Below, piece by piece: positions 61,137 to 64,000 of a stretch of 64,000 nt of DNA. The notes beneath the pieces were generated by a model. The model had not been told where the DNA came from, made no database searches, and saw nothing but the letters and a program-made list of their open reading frames with translations. The DNA is from the human T2T-CHM13v2.0 reference genome, Homo sapiens. Location: assembly GCF_009914755.1 (NCBI RefSeq), contig NC_060944.1; one strand, 5' to 3'. Every line of letters starts with the position of its first letter. Positions within the stretch are counted from its first letter, which is position 1. The position numbers and the translations under genes are program-made.

Positions 61137-63668
61137 GCATCAAATGTCCAGTTTTTCAGCAGTATCTTTATTAGAAAAGGAACAATCCCCACATTGTGTT
61201 GATGTGAGCAGTACTCAAAACTGAGGCAACAGATCTCAAAATATTTTGGCATGTGGGAGTGGGGAGGTAAAGGCTGAAGCCTCCTCTGTCCGAAGCATGC
61301 CCCCGAGGCTGGGAGGAGGCAAAAATGACAAATCACATCTGAATCTGTTTGGCAGAAAAAATGTCCAGTGACCTGTCCGAGGGCCAGTCACACATTTATC
61401 AGGAGTATTAGCAGCTCCGCATTCCCAGTGCAGGTCTCCCAGGTCCACGCCCTAGCCTCAGCCCAGGACAGGCTCTGATTTCTCCGAAAATGATGTGCAA
61501 ATCTGTTTCAAACCACATGACCTTTTGCCACAACCTCTTTGTGGCTTGTTCTATTGGATCAGAAGCCAGGAGTATTTTCGGAACATTGCTAATGCTCTGA
61601 GCATCTCAGTTCTAGGCCTGTAGGCCACATATGATGTGCGTTGGGCCAGAGGCCCAGGTCAAGGTGTCTCGAGGGAAATTGGAGTCAATGGTGAAGTGAG
61701 AAAGCTCTTGTGAGGCCTTTGGCCCCAGTGGGAGGGCCAGGGACAGAGGTGGGCCTGCCTGGTGAGCCCACCTGCAGGCAAGAGGCACCCTGGGGAGGTG
61801 CCAGGAAGCAGGGCGCAAGGCAAGGAGGCAGGAACAGCCACGTCTGCTCCTGCCCTTTAAACAAATACCAGGCTGTTCGAGTCCAGAGAAGAAATAAATA
61901 TTGACAAAGGTGCGGAGCGGCAGGAAGGCCAGGTGGCCGAGGCCCCAGAAGGAACATGGCCTAGATAGGGTCTCCTGGGATGACTGTGAGGAAGCCTCAG
62001 CCCCGAGCCACCCTCCCCAGGGGCCCTTGGCGAGGCTGCCTCTACGGAGGTCCTTCCCCCGTCTCGGCAGGTGCTGCGGCACCTTGAGGGCTTGGACTCA
62101 GGCTGTCAGGATGAGGAGCCAAGCCACGGGATCAGTTGCTGGTGTTTGCCAAAGGTGTGTCCCAGAGGGGCCACCCGTAGCCTCTGACGGTGCCACGGCT
62201 GGAAGGCCCTGGCCAAACACCTGTCCCACTTCAACAGCGCGTTCAGTGGATCCCCCAAACCAAAGGGCCTGCTGGCGTTCTTCAGTGAGCTTCTCAAAGT
62301 GTGGGTGCAGGGCTCTCAATAGAGGCCCCTGGGCGCTGGGTAAGAGGCACATTCCTGAGCCCACACCTACCCCTCCAGGACACTGCAGGTCGAAGCTCAG
62401 GAATGTGCATTTTCACCACCTTCCCTAGTGATTTTAGGCAGAGGGCTCATTAGAGCCAAGTAACAGAAGAGGAAGCGAAGTCTCAGAGAGGGAGCAGCAC
62501 TCTTTGGCAGCACAGGGAGTGAGGGGCAGCGAGGGAGGAGGGTCCAGGGCAGAGTGAAGTGGCCACACCTGCTCTGTCCCTTGGCTGGAAACAGCCTAAT
62601 GGTCCAGACGACCCCCTGGGCTATGGGAGCTCAAATCACTTCCCGCCAGAAGGCTTCTCTGACCCCTCACCTCCAGCCCAGGGAGATGCCCCTGCCTGTC
62701 CCCTGGGCTCCGCGGCCCCTGGGCTTCCTGCTCCCCTGGCACTGGGCACACTGGAATGCAAATAACCACCGACCCTTGAATGTCCCCACCAGCATGGTGC
62801 CTGGCGTGTAGTGGATACGGCCGGGATGCAGGTGCTTGAGCCATGCCATCAGGAATCTCTCCCATCATCTCAGTCCTGCCTTCCCTTCTATGGCCCCCTG
62901 CAGTCCCCACTAACCCCAGCTTGCCCTGCAGCTCCAACAGAATGGGAGTGCATCCCCAACTATCAGCCCGGCCACAGTCCCGGGGCTCCCTGTCCTTGGA
63001 CTGCCAGGGGTCAGGTGCCAGTGTGTGAGCCAGTATCTGTGGCTGGATGCAAGGAGATGAGGCTCCCCTAGGCTAGACCCCAGTGCTCTGGCCACAGCTG
63101 CATGCGGGGTGGGGGCAGCCTACCAGAAAGGGCAAGACTGGAAGTGGGGAGGTGCCCCACAGGAAAACCGGGATTCTACCAAGGGCAGGAGGCTGGGCAG
63201 GCGGAAACCAGCACCATCCACTCCAGCCCACCTGCCCTCCTGACCTCCCACAATGGCTGCTCTGATGACCAGAAGGTTCCTCAGAAGCCAGTTAAATCTG
63301 TTTCTCCTACCCCACACACCTGGCTCTGCCTCTTCCTTTGTTCCCTTGGTGGTCCTGAAAGGCTGGCTGGCTGCTGTCACGTTCCCCACCAACCACCCCA
63401 AACCCCACTCCCCTGCCCTCGGGGTATCCCTGGTCCCCCCCACCTTCTCATATGTGCGGTCTTCATGTCGTGGATTCCAGACCCCGGCCCTGCTGGCTGC
63501 CTGCCCAGCCAAGAACACCTGCCGTGGACACCTCCCCACGCCTGGGCCACCACCTGCCCAGTCCTCATCACCCGCCATCCAAAAAGTCACTCTGGTGTTG
63601 AAGACTCATCTAAACCTGGACCCCAAAATGCTACTGGCATTTAGTCACTATTCCACAGGCCCGTTCTG

Positions 63669-63891
63669 ATTATTTGTTATTTTATTTTATTTGAGGCAGG
63701 GTCTTGCTCTGTCACCCAGGCTGGAGTGCAATGGTGCAATCACTAGCTCACTGCAGCCTTGATTTTCTGGGCTCAGATGATCCTCCCACCTCAGCCTCCC
63801 AAGTAGCTGGGACCACAGGCACACACCACCATGCCCAGCTAATTTTTTTATTTTTTGGTAGAGACAGGGTCTCCCTATGTTGCCCAGGCTG
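63669..63891 (-). mobile_element. AluJ, 5'-truncated
   Basis: Antisense Alu ending within left arm. Confidence 0.92.
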
Positions 63892-63966
63892 CGTGATTTT
63901 AAAAACATAAATATCTCCAAATTATCTGACCCTCCTAGAGATGAAATCTCCCTGTGGCCGCTGTTC

Positions 63967-64000
63967 TTTTTTTTTTTTTTTTTTTTGAGATGGAGTCTCT
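63967..64000 (-). mobile_element. Alu 3' end, runs off window
   Basis: Poly(T) then gagatggagtctct. Confidence 0.85.

Noticed and set aside
61901-63669. Several 130-180 aa overlapping ORFs
   Set aside because: GC-rich, stop-poor sequence gives ORFs on both strands, mostly with non-ATG starts and no homology.

Overview
This is primate (most likely human) non-coding genomic DNA. It holds about 50 Alu/FLAM copies (J, S and Y types), many old L1M fragments, L2, MIR, a CR1/L3 reverse-transcriptase fossil, MaLR/ERVL/ERV1 solo LTRs and hAT MITEs (MER3, MER5, MER53, MER91A). I cannot support any protein-coding gene: the ORF-track entries are Alu/L1/L2/CR1 translations or chance ORFs. The only clear RNA-gene feature is a U6 snRNA retropseudogene split by an Alu. 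I did not find a convincing new multi-gene system. The best leads are: (1) an ETS-repeat/TATA/RFX promoter-like module at 5624-5718; (2) an unidentified 92-bp Pol III-like insert with a long target duplication at 37908-37999; (3) a locally templated Alu copy at 41901-42049; (4) a tailless Alu with a perfect TSD at 31987-32071; (5) a possible unidentified retrocopy at about 4290-4772. Repeat subfamily names come from my recall of consensus sequences and boundaries are approximate.
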